Shown here: positions 1-12,105 of the stretch, piece by piece | Layout of the letters: every line of letters begins with the position of its first letter | How positions within the stretch are numbered: the stretch's first letter is position 1 | Source of the DNA: Marsupella aquatica | Taxonomy: Eukaryota; Plantae; Marchantiophyta | Assembly: GCA_973895155.1 (NCBI GenBank) | Contig: OZ316892.1 | Location: 15,802,861-15,866,860 of the forward strand | DNA length: 64,000 nt | Reading direction: 5' to 3' | Program-made: the position numbers and the translations under genes | The notes under the pieces: generated by a model | The model's input: the letters and a program-made list of their open reading frames with translations, nothing else | Told to the model about the DNA's origin: nothing | Database searches by the model: none

Positions 1-2050
1 TTTCTTTCGTTGGCTGCTGCTTGGCTTCCTCTTGTTTATCTTGCTTTTCTTGCTCCTGACGCCGGGCTGTCTCGGCTGCTTTGATGTCCTTATCGATTGC
101 CTTCTGGTATTCCCGAGCTTCGTAAGCCTCCAGTTGTTTCTTTACCAATTCTTCGATGCGGGGGAAAAACAGCTTCGGGTCATCCCATCGGTAGTCATCG
201 TCCTTTTCCGGGGGTATATTTATCGCTGGCTGCACCGGAGTAGTATCTTGCTTTTTCCTCCGTTTCTCCTCCGTCTTTTCTTCCTTCCGTTCGGCCCTTG
301 TCGACACTCGGTAGCACTCGGCCTCATCCAATGGATTAGGGTGTTCCGCCACGTCCACCAGATTCACCCACTCGGTGTTGTCATCTTGCCATTCTACAGC
401 AATCATTTGGACGACTGCATCGCTCGTGACTGGTCCAGCCTGGGCCGGTCTAGCCGCACTCGTTCGAGCAGCGATTACCAACGGACAGTTGGACGTGGAA
501 TGAGCCTCCGTTTTGCAAACTTGACATAGTGGGGTGCCTCGGCCATCTCCCTGACATCTTGGTTGGGTGCATTCCCTCGCAAAGTGTCCTGGCTTTTCAC
601 ATTTGTAACAAACCGGGGACCACCAAATCCCTGGCTTAGGAGGGATGCTCGGGTTACTGATAACCTGGAAACTCCGGCCATTACTTGGGTAGGGGTACGC
701 AGTTCTACCCGCTAAATTACGCGGTCCTACCATTGAAATCTGGTACACGGAATCAGGAGGGTCCTCAAAGAAATACTCCGTGGACTCCCATTCGGGGCCC
801 GGGTTGTCAACATCATCCAGCTCTACTTGGTGAACTCGGTTCTTCCACCTTGGGCATTCCTGCACCACATGGCCGGATTGGAAGCACTTTGAACACCACG
901 CATGGGCTTGAATCTCAGATGGCTTCTTCTTCTCCATCGGCTTCTCCGCAAGATGTACTGACAGTGCTTTGAGTCGATCCGTGATTTCGTTCAGCTTGTC
1001 TGCTTCGGCAGCCTTTGGATCTGGTATCGTTCTTCGCGCCCGGGGTTTAATCTTCCCCTCCTTCTTCACTCGTCTCTTCTTCTTTTTGCTCCGGCTTTCG
1101 CTCTCCAAGTCACTTCCTGATGAACTGGAGGTAGAGGATCCGATGCTTGAAGCTAAATCCGAACTGGATTCCGTCTCGGAGCTGGACGAGGTCGAACGAT
1201 GTTTCTTCTTCTTCTTGCGTTTCTTCTTCCTCTCGTCGTCCGATTCGGAGTCACTGTCACTGAAGGTTTCATACTTACCCTTCCTGCGGCGTGCTCGCTG
1301 GCTCCGCCGGGAGTTATAGGTGGACTCCCGGTAAGTTTCGGCGCACGCTATGGCCGCCTGCATTGAAATTGGATTATTCTGGCGTACCCAGAATTGCATA
1401 TTCGTGGGCAAACCATGAAGGAACCATGTAAGCTGGAGCGCGTCTCCTGGCCTGGGCCGGATCTTGGCCGCAAGTTTCTGAAACTTCTGAATGAACTTCC
1501 GCAGGGACTCTTTTTTTCCCATGCGAAGCTGGCCAATCTTTAATAGAGAACGCTGTTCTGATCCAATGGCACGAAACTCCTGCAGCAATGCAGCTTGGAA
1601 TTGTGCCCAGGTAGTCCCGGGTGGTAACGAGTTGTACCATGGACGAGCTTCTCCCCGCATCACTCCCGGGAGGATGGTTAGCTTAATGGCGTCTTCCCCA
1701 TTAGCTTTAGCAGTGGCTTCAAACTCATCCAACCATTCATCCGAATCATCCCCATGACGCCCTTTGAAAGGTCGATAATGAAATCGCGATCGTTGCGATA
1801 TTTGTGGAGGCACCTGAGCAGCGCGGGCCACCGGTGGAGCGGCTGCCATAGGTGGTGGTGGTGGTGGTGGTGGTGGTGGTACCGCAGCAGGGCCGGTCGA
1901 ACCGGACCCCGAAGATCCCGGGGGTATGTTCATACGTCGGGACGATTGCGAGTCCTCCGAGCCCGACGAGTCGGAGCTTGTTGTGGTTGCACTTTCTCGT
2001 TCGCTGGTCAATCTCCTCAAGTAAGCTGCTTGAGAACGAGTGACGGGCAT
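1..2050 (-). CDS. gag: Ty3/gypsy Gag (element A, Tat/Athila-like); runs off the left edge of the window
   Basis: Manual translation from ATG 2050: MPVTRSQAAY...YRPFKGRHGDDSDEWLDEFEATAKAN...RGEARPWYNSLP...WAQFQAALLQEF (retrotransposon capsid-like). Three in-frame CX2CX4HX4C knuckles follow (CSKCFQSGHVVQEC, CYKCEKPGHFAREC, CQVCKTEAHSTSNC). Absent from the ORF track, presumably because no stop falls inside the window. Confidence 0.9.
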   Translation of the reverse strand, partial: MPVTRSQAAYLRRLTSERESATTTSSDSSGSEDSQSSRRMNIPPGSSGSGSTGPAAVPPPPPPPPPPMAAAPPVARAAQVPPQISQRSRFHYRPFKGRHGDDSDEWLDEFEATAKANGEDAIKLTILPGVMRGEARPWYNSLPPGTTWAQFQAALLQEFRAIGSEQRSLLKIGQLRMGKKESLRKFIQKFQKLAAKIRPRPGDALQLTWFLHGLPTNMQFWVRQNNPISMQAAIACAETYRESTYNSRRSQRARRRKGKYETFSDSDSESDDERKKKRKKKKKHRSTSSSSETESSSDLASSIGSSTSSSSGSDLESESRSKKKKRRVKKEGKIKPRARRTIPDPKAAEADKLNEITDRLKALSVHLAEKPMEKKKPSEIQAHAWCSKCFQSGHVVQECPRWKNRVHQVELDDVDNPGPEWESTEYFFEDPPDSVYQISMVGPRNLAGRTAYPYPSNGRSFQVISNPSIPPKPGIWWSPVCYKCEKPGHFARECTQPRCQGDGRGTPLCQVCKTEAHSTSNCPLVIAARTSAARPAQAGPVTSDAVVQMIAVEWQDDNTEWVNLVDVAEHPNPLDEAECYRVSTRAERKEEKTEEKRRKKQDTTPVQPAINIPPEKDDDYRWDDPKLFFPRIEELVKKQLEAYEAREYQKAIDKDIKAAETARRQEQEKQDKQEEAKQQPTKE

Positions 2051-2141
2051 TTACTCATATAAATGCAATGGTTAGTACTACGTCCTGATGTATCCTGCCT
2101 AGGTGAATACGCACATGTCTCCCCTCTACGATATGTAGAGT

Positions 2142-2161
2142 GCCCCCTCCATCTAGCGCCA
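2142..2161 (-). promoter_or_regulatory. Primer-binding site of gypsy element A
   Basis: Minus strand reads TGGCGCTAGATGGAGGGGGC, like the TGGCGCTAGAAGGAGGGG PBS of Tat-type elements. It lies 12 nt after a ...CGTGACA end and about 90 nt before the gag ATG. Confidence 0.7.
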
Positions 2162-2173
2162 AAACAAAGGCTA

Positions 2174-5100
2174 TGTCACGTCGTAGGCTTCGGCCTTAAC
2201 TCAGACTTCAGCTTAGACGGGTACATCCCTCGTAAATCTGAGGGTTCGGGCAGGAAGGGAAGCACGTAATGCACCTTATTCTTGTAAACTAGCGCTAAGT
2301 GCGCATACTGCTAAATACGAACACCTCCTAGGTATGGTTTGTGTTCCGCCGCCGGAACGTACCTTAGTCGATAGCAGGATCGACCCCGGCTTAAGGGCTT
2401 CTAAGCCTTCGTGCTGTCCGCCTTCGATCCGGATTCGATGATACAGATCCTCAACCCGTGCTCGCAACCACTTACCCGTAGGCTGCACCCTGTGCACGTC
2501 TCGGGTAGTGCGTTCGGCCTGGCGCTGCCACCCATATATGAGAAACCCACACACATATGCGCACACATGCATACAATCTTGATTTACACGAAGGAAAATG
2601 ATGGGAAAGGATTTTACTACAAAGGGAACATATGCGTACACTTAGTTGACACGACAGCCCTGGAATGCACAGGTTCAAGGCCGAGGGTGCACACTACAAC
2701 GGAGCCCAGCTCCGCACTCGCCCGGCGAGCTTAGTCCTACCCCCTCCCCTTGGTACTCTGTCATTCCCAGAGGTCGGGACTCCCCGCATGTCCCGCGGAT
2801 GTCCGACTCTGAAACTAAAAACCCCCCCTGCCTCTACCGAGGGGTGCACTAAATACTAAGAGCCGAGGAACGGGGTGTCCTCTCACCAAAGATTCGCTGA
2901 CTAAGGTCCTAACTAAGCTGACAGTCAGGCCGGAAAACGGCTGTGTCTTATTAGAAGATCCTAATCTACGCAGGCTGGACAGCAGGGCAGCGCTGCTGTA
3001 CCTAAGGCAGGTGCCTATCCCAAGAGCCTGACTAAGCCAATCCTAATCCTAATCTATTCCTACTCCGCCGCTAATGCCTGGCACGCTTGCCAGAGCCGCC
3101 CGAATGGGAACGGCCATCCCGCTGCCTTCGAAGCCTATCATTGTCCGCCTTGAGGAGCTGGACCTGGTCCAGCAGAGATTCGTTCTCTCGCCTTGCCGCG
3201 TCCGTCTCCTCTGCTGCCTCCTGACATGCCTCCTCCAGCTGCTGGGCGTCGCTCGTCAGTTTACTCGCCAGCTGGTCCTGCTTCTCGGCCTCGGTTTGGA
3301 GCTGCGCCATCTCGGCCTGCAGCGTGGCTATCTCCGTCGCGTCCCGCTGGGCTCGCTCCTCGGCCTCCTCCAGGTCTTTCTGCCAGGTAACAGCTTGTTT
3401 CTTCAAACTGTCAATCTGGTTCCGGAGTCGTGTAATCTCGGCCTCGTTCCCGGCTTTGGCCTGTTCGGCTAGGGCGGTAAGAGCGTACGCCTTTGCTAAC
3501 AACTCATCGGCGGCTGCAACCTTGGGTCGTAGTTGCAGAAGCTCAGCCTCTTGAGCCGCCACTTCGTTCTTTAGGTACACGGACTCCACCCGGTACCGCT
3601 CTATCCTCTGAAGGGCCTCCGACTGGGCCCGACCTGCCTTTACGGCGGCAACCAACTCCTGATTGAAGAAACAGGCTACCTTTCGGGCCATGAACTCCCC
3701 GGTATCCCGGGCAATTTGATGAGAGAAATCTCCCAGAAGCCCGTTCAGAAACGTACCCTGTACGAAGAGTTCCGGGTGGTCCAAGTTGTGCCTGTCCGGA
3801 TTTGGGCACGGGTAGACATCAACATGCGCAAGGGCCGGGGCAGTGACGTCCAGCCCTTGGGACATAACGTTGGAAGGGGCTGGAGTGTCCTCCTGCAGCG
3901 ATGTCCGGTTCTCCAGAATTGCCACCGGCGGGTCCTTGGGAGACCCGGGTTCGGGTAAGACCTCTGCCGTACCAACTTCTGTACTTAGCCCGGCGAGTTG
4001 GGTCGCATCAACGGTTGCGACGACCGACCCCTCCGGCGCCTCCTCGGTTACGATTACAGCTATTTGTGGAGGTGGGGTGGGTGAAGCTGGCGTGTCCACT
4101 GGACTTCGGGCCTCGGGTTGGGGCCGTCTCTCCAATGCCGGAAAAACCCACCTAGCTGGGACCAGCTTTGTAACATTGATGCGGGGAAGGGTTCGTCGAT
4201 CAAACCGGGCGTACCACTCAAGAATGATTTCGATGTGACTAGCGAAATACGCCTTCCCGCCAATGTACAGCGTCTTCCTTCGCCGCTCCATCTCTTCATG
4301 GAATTTCTTAGCGAAGTACGACGCCCATTTCCTAGGTCGATAGTTCTCAACTTGGATAACCTGGGCGGCGGAGATCTCCCCCCGGGGTTCCATCATGTGG
4401 AGAGCGTACCTCTGGAACTCCAGCCGCTCAGCTATCTCGGGCATGAGGCAGGTCCTCATCACGAACCCGTTGTCTACTGATCCCTCTGAGGGAAAACTTG
4501 AAGATTGGTACTTGGCCCCCTTGCCCCCGGGAGCCCGTGATTCGACTCGATGGTCACCTTCGGGTAACCCGAAGATCATCTTGAGCCGTTCTTCTGTGAG
4601 GGACATATTCCTTCCCCGCAGCCGAGTCTGTTGACGTACGTCGTCATAATTCTTGACGAATTCTGTCATGTCCTCCCCGTAGTACCTGCAAGTGTTCCAG
4701 GGGAGAGAGGCGAGGTGCTCAAATCCCTGAGTCTTCAGGTACACCGCATGCTTGGGATGGAGGATGTTGCTGTGAACGTTTTCCCCCATGCGATGCATCG
4801 TCACCTTGGCTACAGCTACCGTGGCCAACGGTAACCCGGATGCAGTGGCGGATTCCTTCCTCTTCTTTCCCCGTGACTGACTCGGGGAAGGTGATACTTC
4901 CCCATCCTCCCGATCGGGCCTGGGGAGTGCCACTGCGGTTGGTAACGGGCCCGGGGCGGCCACGGTCACCATGTTGTCTGCTAGGGCCGCTCCTGGGGTC
5001 AGAGCAGTCGGTGGGGACGATATAGTGTCAGCCCCCCGAGCGCTTGTTCCTCTGGGCCGCCTGGTCAAGGGTGGGGTAGCCTCGTCGTCATCGCTAAGAT

Positions 5101-6176
5101 CCACAGCGTTGATGACGGAGCGTACCTGTGCTGGCTGGGTGATAGGTGGTGGGGTTTGGCTAGGCTACGGCTGAGGCTGAGGCTGGGGTTGCATGGGCAC
5201 GGGTACGGGTACGGGTACGAGTACGGGCCCGGCTGAGTTGGTCATGTTGGTTGATGGCCGAGTTCCCATGAAGCTCTGCAGGTGCTGGTAGAAGTTCTCC
5301 GAAGCGAGTGCGGGCGCCCTTGTTGAACGGTTGGTACTGGACTCGCCGTTAATGACAGCCCGAACCTAGGCAGGGATGTGGTCAAAGTGATGTCGTTGCA
5401 GGTCGATTGTACCCGGGATATTGAAGACCTCGTCCGGAAGCCGAAGCAATGCTTCCCAGAACCCGATATATTTATCTCCGTTGAAGTACCCAGATACCTC
5501 AGCTGGTCGGTAAAGCTCGCTCTGAGATGGGTAGTCAAAGTTAAGGACGTAGTGGTGTCGTCCTGCTAGGCGGATGACTCTCTCGTATTCGCGTTCGATC
5601 TCGTATCGGCGCGGGTTGGCGTGTTTCAATGAATCGGCCAAGTGCCTTCCGGTAGATAGGAACTGCGTCCAGAATCGAATGGCCGAGCTGGAGAGGATCG
5701 TGTGCGACATTCAGAGGAGATAGTAGTGGCGACCTAGAGAGAACGAGAGAGCTGGGGTCAAAGCTGGCGCGCGGACTGATGGACTGGTGCACTACAAAGG
5801 GTTGGCTCCCCTTTTATACTTTGAGGGCTTGTCGATCCCCGACGTCTCCTCGACGCCCATAGGTTGAACTGCTCACGCTTGTGGTGTACCGGTCACTCCG
5901 CCGGTCTGAGTCAGCGTGCGTCAGTGGCCGCTTCCTTAAGTTCGTTATACGGACCCGAGGGAGGGGCCCCTCCACGCTCGTAACCCGGGTGTGCGAATAG
6001 CGACCCGCCGCCAGCCCGAACCTGAAGTCCCCCTTATTGCCTAATGATGTCCTACCCCTAATGATTACCTAAATACTGTCGTTATGCTAATAATAGCGGC
6101 CTAAGACCCACCTAACGCGCGTGCCGAGCGCAGTTAGACTAAATCACTCATTAACCGCCATACCGGCGGCGTCACA
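2174..6176 (-). mobile_element. Probable ~4.0-kb 5' LTR of gypsy element A
   Basis: Starts TGTGACG at 6176, where the gag of element B is interrupted. Ends CGTGACA at 2174, just before the PBS (near-perfect terminal inverted repeat). TATAAAAG box on the minus strand at ~5810-5818. The partner LTR is outside the window. Confidence 0.6.
3071..5710 (-). pseudogene. Accessory ORF of gypsy element A (~879 codons, two in-frame TAGs); Athila-ORF/plant transposon protein-like core with a C-terminal coiled coil
   Basis: Track ORFs 5366..5710 and 3071..5104 share a frame and are separated only by TAGs at ~5366 and ~5166. Core EDMTEFVKNYD...LRGRNMSLTEERLKMIFGLPEG resembles gypsy accessory ORFs. C-terminus is rich in E/Q/A heptads. 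Confidence 0.7.
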
Positions 6177-6970
6177 GAGAGCCAACTCAGGAACTTTTGT
6201 CCACTTTGTTCGTAGGCCCCGTCATAAGTTGGAGGAGTCGGTAGCTGGTTCACTTGGAACATACTCCGTCCAACTACCATTCCCCCCTCGGGATGCGACG
6301 CACTCTGACTACCCAGACTAAGTAAGTACTTAATCTGGGCCCCCTTGTTGTGTTCCAGTTGCTCATAGATGAGTCGTTGATCTTGAGTCAATGGACCCAG
6401 ACCGCCGTCAACGGCTGGGCCCTTGTGGGTTGTATGAGGACGGTCCTCCAACCATCTTTCCTTTGCGGGCCGCCTGTCCTTAGGTTCTCTTGTGGATTTT
6501 GGTGACACCCCCCGCATCTTGCAAGCACCATGACCTCCCGGGATTGAGGTATCACCCGCGTCATCCTGGTTCTGCTTGGTCAAATTATCCACGATGATGT
6601 CCGGCTTGGCATCGTCCTCTGGTTCCGCATTCAACCCTCTCAAGGCTGGGATCAGTTCCTCTTCCGGGTCTTGACCCTCTTCTTCTGTCTCAACTTCAGC
6701 GTTGTCATCGCTTGCAGTTGCGTCGGAGTCGTCGTCATCCGACCCATCCTCTAAAGGATCAGCCGCCTCCTTCCCTTTAAGTTGACGGCACTCTGCACTT
6801 GACTTGTTTGCCGTAGTGGTTGACGGTTCGGCTGTTGCGTCTTCTTTGTCTTGCTTGTAACGTTCGTCTAGGGAAGTCGACCCGTCCTCCTTCTGTTCAT
6901 CGTGAACTTGGGCTCTCCCCTTGGTGGGGGCAGCCTGCTTGCCACTCTTTGCACAAGTGTTTTTTGCCAT
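6177..6970 (-). pseudogene. gag: N-terminal gag of gypsy element B, interrupted by element A
   Basis: ATG 6970 (MAKNTCAKSGK...) lies downstream of a PBS. An acidic linker leads to QLPTPPTYDG, a typical capsid-domain start, and the frame is cut at 6176 by TGTGACG. Confidence 0.65.
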
Positions 6971-7101
6971 GTTCCCAGCAACCAAATCTGCCCGCAGTCG
7001 ACCCGCCAGGGACGTTGAAGCACTAAGTCCCCACAAAAATCCGTTAAGATTTTTGGATTCTGACTTAGCACGACCCCGGTCCGATGTCTATGCCGGCAAT
7101 T

Positions 7102-7113
7102 GCTCTAATACCA
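7102..7113 (-). promoter_or_regulatory. tRNA-iMet-type PBS of element B
   Basis: TGGTATTAGAGC on the minus strand, one mismatch to TGGTATCAGAGC, 2 nt from the LTR boundary. Confidence 0.8.
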
Positions 7114-7115
7114 CA

Positions 7116-8598
7116 AGTGGTGGACCTGGCCACCCAGCGCCCTCACCAATCCCGGCACTTGCTCTTAAGTGCCCTTGGTGCCCGAACGCCTCCACGGAAT
7201 ACCTCGAGCAAGCATCCAAGTGCCTCTAGCACCACCTACGGCCACTCCCATACAAAGCCGCACTTGCTCACCTGCACGACCGCTACTCAACGGTCCTCAC
7301 TGTCTGCACAAACAACCAATCACCTCAGTAAGTAACCCCTCCGGATCTAGAACTTGCCCAGTCTAGCATCCTAACTCAAGCTCAACATACGTTGGTAAAT
7401 AGGTCAGCGATAGGTCCTCCCGATGCCATAAGCCAGAATCAGAACCCACGCCCACTGTCCGTCCAGAACAACTCCTTCCTTGGGCGCGGCCCGGGTTCCC
7501 CCTCGTACCTATCCATCACCAACTGACCACCCTGACCTCAGGACATGCTCATGGCCCAAATAGGGTAGCTTGTCCTAAAGCTTGTCCCAACATGCCGGGA
7601 CCAGAACGGCCCCGACCCTAGCAATCGCTCCCGGTTCGCCCCACTGATGGTCTAGGGACGGAGCACCCTTGGGACTCAGCCTCCATACCTACTTGGCCTT
7701 GCCTTCCAAACGCAAGCTCCCTTGGGAGGCTGAACGCGGCTTGGCTGCTGTTTGGCAGGATTTGGCAAGCGGACAAGCTAACACCCGCAAACCATGAGAA
7801 CCCACGGCACCCCCGGACCCATCTGAGCTTAGGAGGGCGTAGCCTTCCTCAAGAGCTTTCCAACGAACCTAGGAAGTTCTCCAACGGACTTCCCGTTGGG
7901 AAGATATCGCCATTTCCATTTGGCGGTTTCTCTTAGTGTTGCGACCGCCGCGGCTCACGACTTCGGCTCGCCCTTAGCTCCCAGGGAGACACCACTCCCC
8001 TCATATATGTTTCTGGAGACCTGCCACCCCCGGACCAGCTTTGGTCCCTAAACATTTGGCCCCCAACCCGGATCCCATCGCGCATAATGGGCGCGCCACC
8101 AACTGGCAACGCCCATAACTTTCTTGATAGGCATCCGCAAGCGGAGTGCCGTAGCCCGTTGTGACCGGGCCGACCCAGTGCTCATGCCTAGGCCCTCAGG
8201 TCTGATCGCCGCTTGGGGCCGCCGACCGGCCCAACCCGGATTGGGTCACAACTTGCGCCCCAAGCGTCCGTTGCCAATGGCGTCAACTCCATTGGCCTTG
8301 GGCCCAAGAGGAGCTCACTCCCAAGCCCTTAGAACTCAAAGTCCATCCGACGGTCTGGACGGCCATCCTTGAGCCTGGCCCATTTCCCCTTGACCCGACC
8401 AGCCATAGGCTAGTCCAAGTCCTTAGTTTGTGTCCCCAGCTTGGCCCCTTGCCTCGCCAGTGCCACGTCTCATTGCCCACAAGTCTCCCCATGCTAAGTC
8501 CTCCCCGGATGGCCTATCCGGGCCTGGACCATAAGGGAGCTTGGCGTCGGAGTTAGCGACGTCGGAGCTAAGTGTTAAGGTAGCCGAGTTCCGTGACT
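7116..8598 (-). mobile_element. 5' LTR of gypsy element B (1483 bp, AGT...ACT termini)
   Basis: Aligns end to end with 61250-62625. Shared sequence starts at agtggtggacc and stops at gtgact in both copies. Adjacent to the PBS. Confidence 0.88.
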
Positions 8599-8912
8599 CA
8601 ATCTTACACCCTCATAAAACTTGCAAGCAGTGAAAACATGATATTCATTCTCTATACTAGAGCTATCACAGAGTTGGCAAACCCTATTTTTCTTCTCAAT
8701 ACCCTTCCATCTCCTTTATTCTACTTCAAGATGGTGTTTACTAAGTCTATAGCGAGCATCATATGTCTGAGTACTGAAAAAGTACTAGATAGGTATTCTT
8801 GCTCTCCATAGGGTTCACATCCCTCATGTAGTATTGCAGCCTTGGCCGATCATGCCAAAGTTTGTGCACAGCCCTTTGTTCAAGTACTGATCTAAGCTTT
8901 GTTGGGTGTGTT
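8599..8912 (-). mobile_element. LINE ORF2 C-terminal fragment (same family as 42578-45007)
   Basis: Reverse complement of ~44815-45000. Continues YRLSKHHLEVE*RRWKG...RVCQLC...ENEYHVFTAC, a C-terminal zinc knuckle of RTE-X-like LINEs. Confidence 0.8.
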
Positions 8913-9139
8913 GTTGTGTAGTGGGTGCTGGCAAAGGTGCACTACTCAACAAAGAAACGGCAGCAGCAGCATGCGTTGCAATGGCAACTTGCAGTGCTGT
9001 TTGGTGGGCACCAGCTATGGTAGCAATGTAAGCCGGATTTGGGGTTTGAGTGACACCCAATAACCACCTCGAGTGCTGCTGGTACACGTCCAATGCTTTG
9101 TGGTGCACATACCTTGCCAATTGTTTATTGGTGTCTCAT

Positions 9140-9278
9140 GCGAGAGTGCATGGTTATCATCACCCACCACCATGCCCTATGCACGCCGACTAAGATATTA
9201 AGGTAGTTTAGGTTCATCATTTAGAGACCATATATGCAAGCTGTAGTAGATGTGTTTGGTGTTCTCTAAGCAAGCATT
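9140..9278. repeat. Dispersed repeat; inverted copy at ~63838-63955
   Basis: gcatagggcatggtggtgggtgatgata(a/g)ccatgcactc and its flanks occur at both places in opposite orientation. Confidence 0.7.
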
Positions 9279-11939
9279 CTCCTCTTAGTACCACTTTGGG
9301 CAATATTCTTGTAGTAAACTCTGGTTGTTCTTGAAGCAAAGTCTTTGTTAGAAGCACTCCAGAGCTAGTATACTTAGAGTCCAATGTTCACTTCAGTTCT
9401 TCTTGAGTCTTAGCTTTAGCCTTGCAAGTACTTGGATATGGCAACACACTCCATGGCTCCTCCACACATTTGAGGATTGGCTATGGCTCTTTAGATGCTC
9501 CCGGAACATCATGGTAGGGTGCTGGTTTGCATATGTACTACTCACTCTACATGCTACATACATATTACTCAAGAAGAACTCTCTTGACGGGATTACATCC
9601 GCTGATGTAGCAATATGGTTTTGAGTGATAATTGTAGAGTGAAGCACTGAATGTGAAAGACGTTCATGAATAGAGGGAGGTAGATTTGTATAGGGATAGG
9701 CCGAACACAAACTTGCAAGTCATCATTGGTTCTCAAAACGCCATTTTGAGCACATCTGAGTTCTATTCTGGTCGTAACTCTTTGGTCACTTGACGAGACT
9801 TGGAGCTTTTAGCATGGTTGGAAAGCTCTCATTGAGGCACAAAATATTGATATAAATAACTCCAAAAAAAAAGTTCTATCAAGTGAGATACACTTGCTGA
9901 TATTTTGACTTCACCAAAACACAAGTTCGAGATAATTTTGCAAATAATATGTGTTCATAGAAAGAGGAATGTATATAGAGAGGAGAATGGTATCTTATGT
10001 ATTATTATTAAAATGATAACATGCATGACAATTTTTTATCATTTTATTAATATTAAAAAATTATTAATAAAAAATATTTTGGTGGGATTTTTATTGTACT
10101 AAAAGAAGGGGGTAATCTTGACTAGTATTCATAAAAGAAATAAATTGCAAAACAAAACGTAATTCATCAAGAACTATAATACAAGGTTGTGCCAAAAAAC
10201 GCCTTGGTTGTCATTCAAATTTGGCGGCCCAAAAAAACAGAAACGGCAAAAAGTGAAAGCAATATAGAGGGATAAAAAACCAATCCTCCCTTTTGTCGCT
10301 ACAATCCTGTGTTGCCCCGCACTGAACCCTTGTCGCCTCGGTAAAAGATGGAAGAGGAAAACACCGTCGCGACCACCCTGCACCCACTGTCGCCGTGGCC
10401 CAATTCACTGTGGGCCGACTGCCCCTCCCTGTATGATCGCCGCGGCACAACAGGCACAGCCCTGAGCGGCCGTCCCCCGCCCCGACCAAGAAACTCCATC
10501 GACGGCCTGACTTGCCGCCATCCCCATCTTGACTTGCCATCCCTCAATGGCCATGCCCTCACGCCTCGCCATCCTTTGGCATCCCTTGCTTGCCCTCGCT
10601 CCTCATCGCCATGGCCCTGCCCTTGCGCCTCGCCTGCCCCTGCCTCACTAGAAGAAAACGTCCCCTTTTGAGACCCTATGCTTTGTGACTTTAGGGAGAC
10701 TTTCAAAAATACATGACTCCAAGTTTAGGGGAGTCATTGTTGTTACATTTTATCAACTGATTTTTGGGGGATATTTGTGAAAGTCATTCCTACAACTTCT
10801 GATAAAGTAGCAATTGTAACACTAGTAGGGCAGTCATATGTAAGTTGAATAAGCTACTCTCCATTACGGCATTCTGAAATAGAGTGCAAGAAGGATTACA
10901 TGCACTCTAGACATCACGGAATGTTCCATTTACAACCCTTGACTTGCAACTTGCGGAGTCGGGAGCACTAGGTGCACATAGAAGGAATGGGGGTTTAGGG
11001 TTGCAGAACTAGTTAAATGTCTTCATGTCAAGAGCATTGTAGTTATCCTGGCCTAATTAAACGTGCATGGGAGTACTTGCCTCTATAATAGTAAGTCTTA
11101 TGCTGCTCAATGGATTCCTTAGAGTTCATGGGCAACTTTGACAAGAATATTGGGGTGATATCATTTTCAATTCAGGGCTAAAGTAGTGTCTGGCCCCCAT
11201 TCTTTGTCCACCCTCCCTAAGTGGCATGTGTAAGGGTTAACTTACAGTTGCGTTCTAAGAGGTTACAGTTGCGTTCATTTAATCTTTGCTCACAAAGTGT
11301 CATGTCCAATTTGCTTTAGGGTACTAACATGTGTATCAACGGCTCATGTCAACGCAAAGTGGTCGAGGCTCATTGGGTTTGGTTCACTAAGTGTCACTAA
11401 GTGTTAAGGTATGCTTTGTGCGTGAGTGTGCCTTTGGACACGAGTTTAGGGTGCGCGGGTTTTGTTTAGGGTTTAAACACGCCCGCAGAGTGCAAACTTC
11501 AGTTCAATGTGCGTGGGAACTCGGAGGTTTTTGTTTCAGAAAAACTCACTTGTCCATTACGGGGACATTCGTCATGCCTGAAGGTCGTCACATTGTGCGC
11601 GGTCTCACGAAGTGGGGAGTGTGCTTCGCGATCGGGGCAGTTCCTTCGCGTAGGGGAGTTTTGCGCTTGGAGCTTGAAGGTTTACCTTCAAAGCTCTAGA
11701 GCATTCAAGCTGAGAGGGCAACCGGCTTGCGGAGTGGAGAGGTGAGCTTCAGTGGATGACGAGCTCTAGGACTGGGAGGAGCTGTGGGCGGGCAGGAGCT
11801 GCAATTTGGGAGCTGCTCTGGCCGCCGGTCTGGCCGAGGAGCCACGAGCGGAGAGCAGCTGGAGTGGAGTTCGAGCGGAGTGGAGCTGGAGTGGAGTGCT
11901 TCTGTCACACACTGCTGAGGATTGCTACGTAGCTTCAGT

Positions 11940-12105
11940 TTGGGTGGCGGTGCGAGCAGAGGTGCTGAGAGCGGCTCAGGTGCCAAAGGAGGTGGTGCCA
12001 GCGGAGGTGCGAGCGGAGGTGCTGAGAGCAGCTCAGGTGCCAAAGGAGGTGCTGAGAGCGGAGGTGCGAGCGGATGTGCTAAGAGCGGAGGTGGTAAGAG
12101 AGGTG
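11940..12105. repeat. Degenerate GC-rich tandem repeat (ggaggtgc...gagc units)
   Basis: Repeated ggaggtgctgagagc, ggaggtgcgagc and tcaggtgccaaa units. Confidence 0.7.

Noticed and set aside
32-2062. Plus-strand ORFs (Leu/Phe-rich, poly-W, poly-V)
   Set aside because: Antisense shadows of the minus-strand gag.
10820-10828. CACTAGTAG as the CACTA left end
   Set aside because: 10646 matches the right TIR over 11 bp and has the CCT TSD; this site does not.
11445-11475. TTTAGGG telomeric motifs
   Set aside because: Only isolated copies, not an array; at most telo-boxes.
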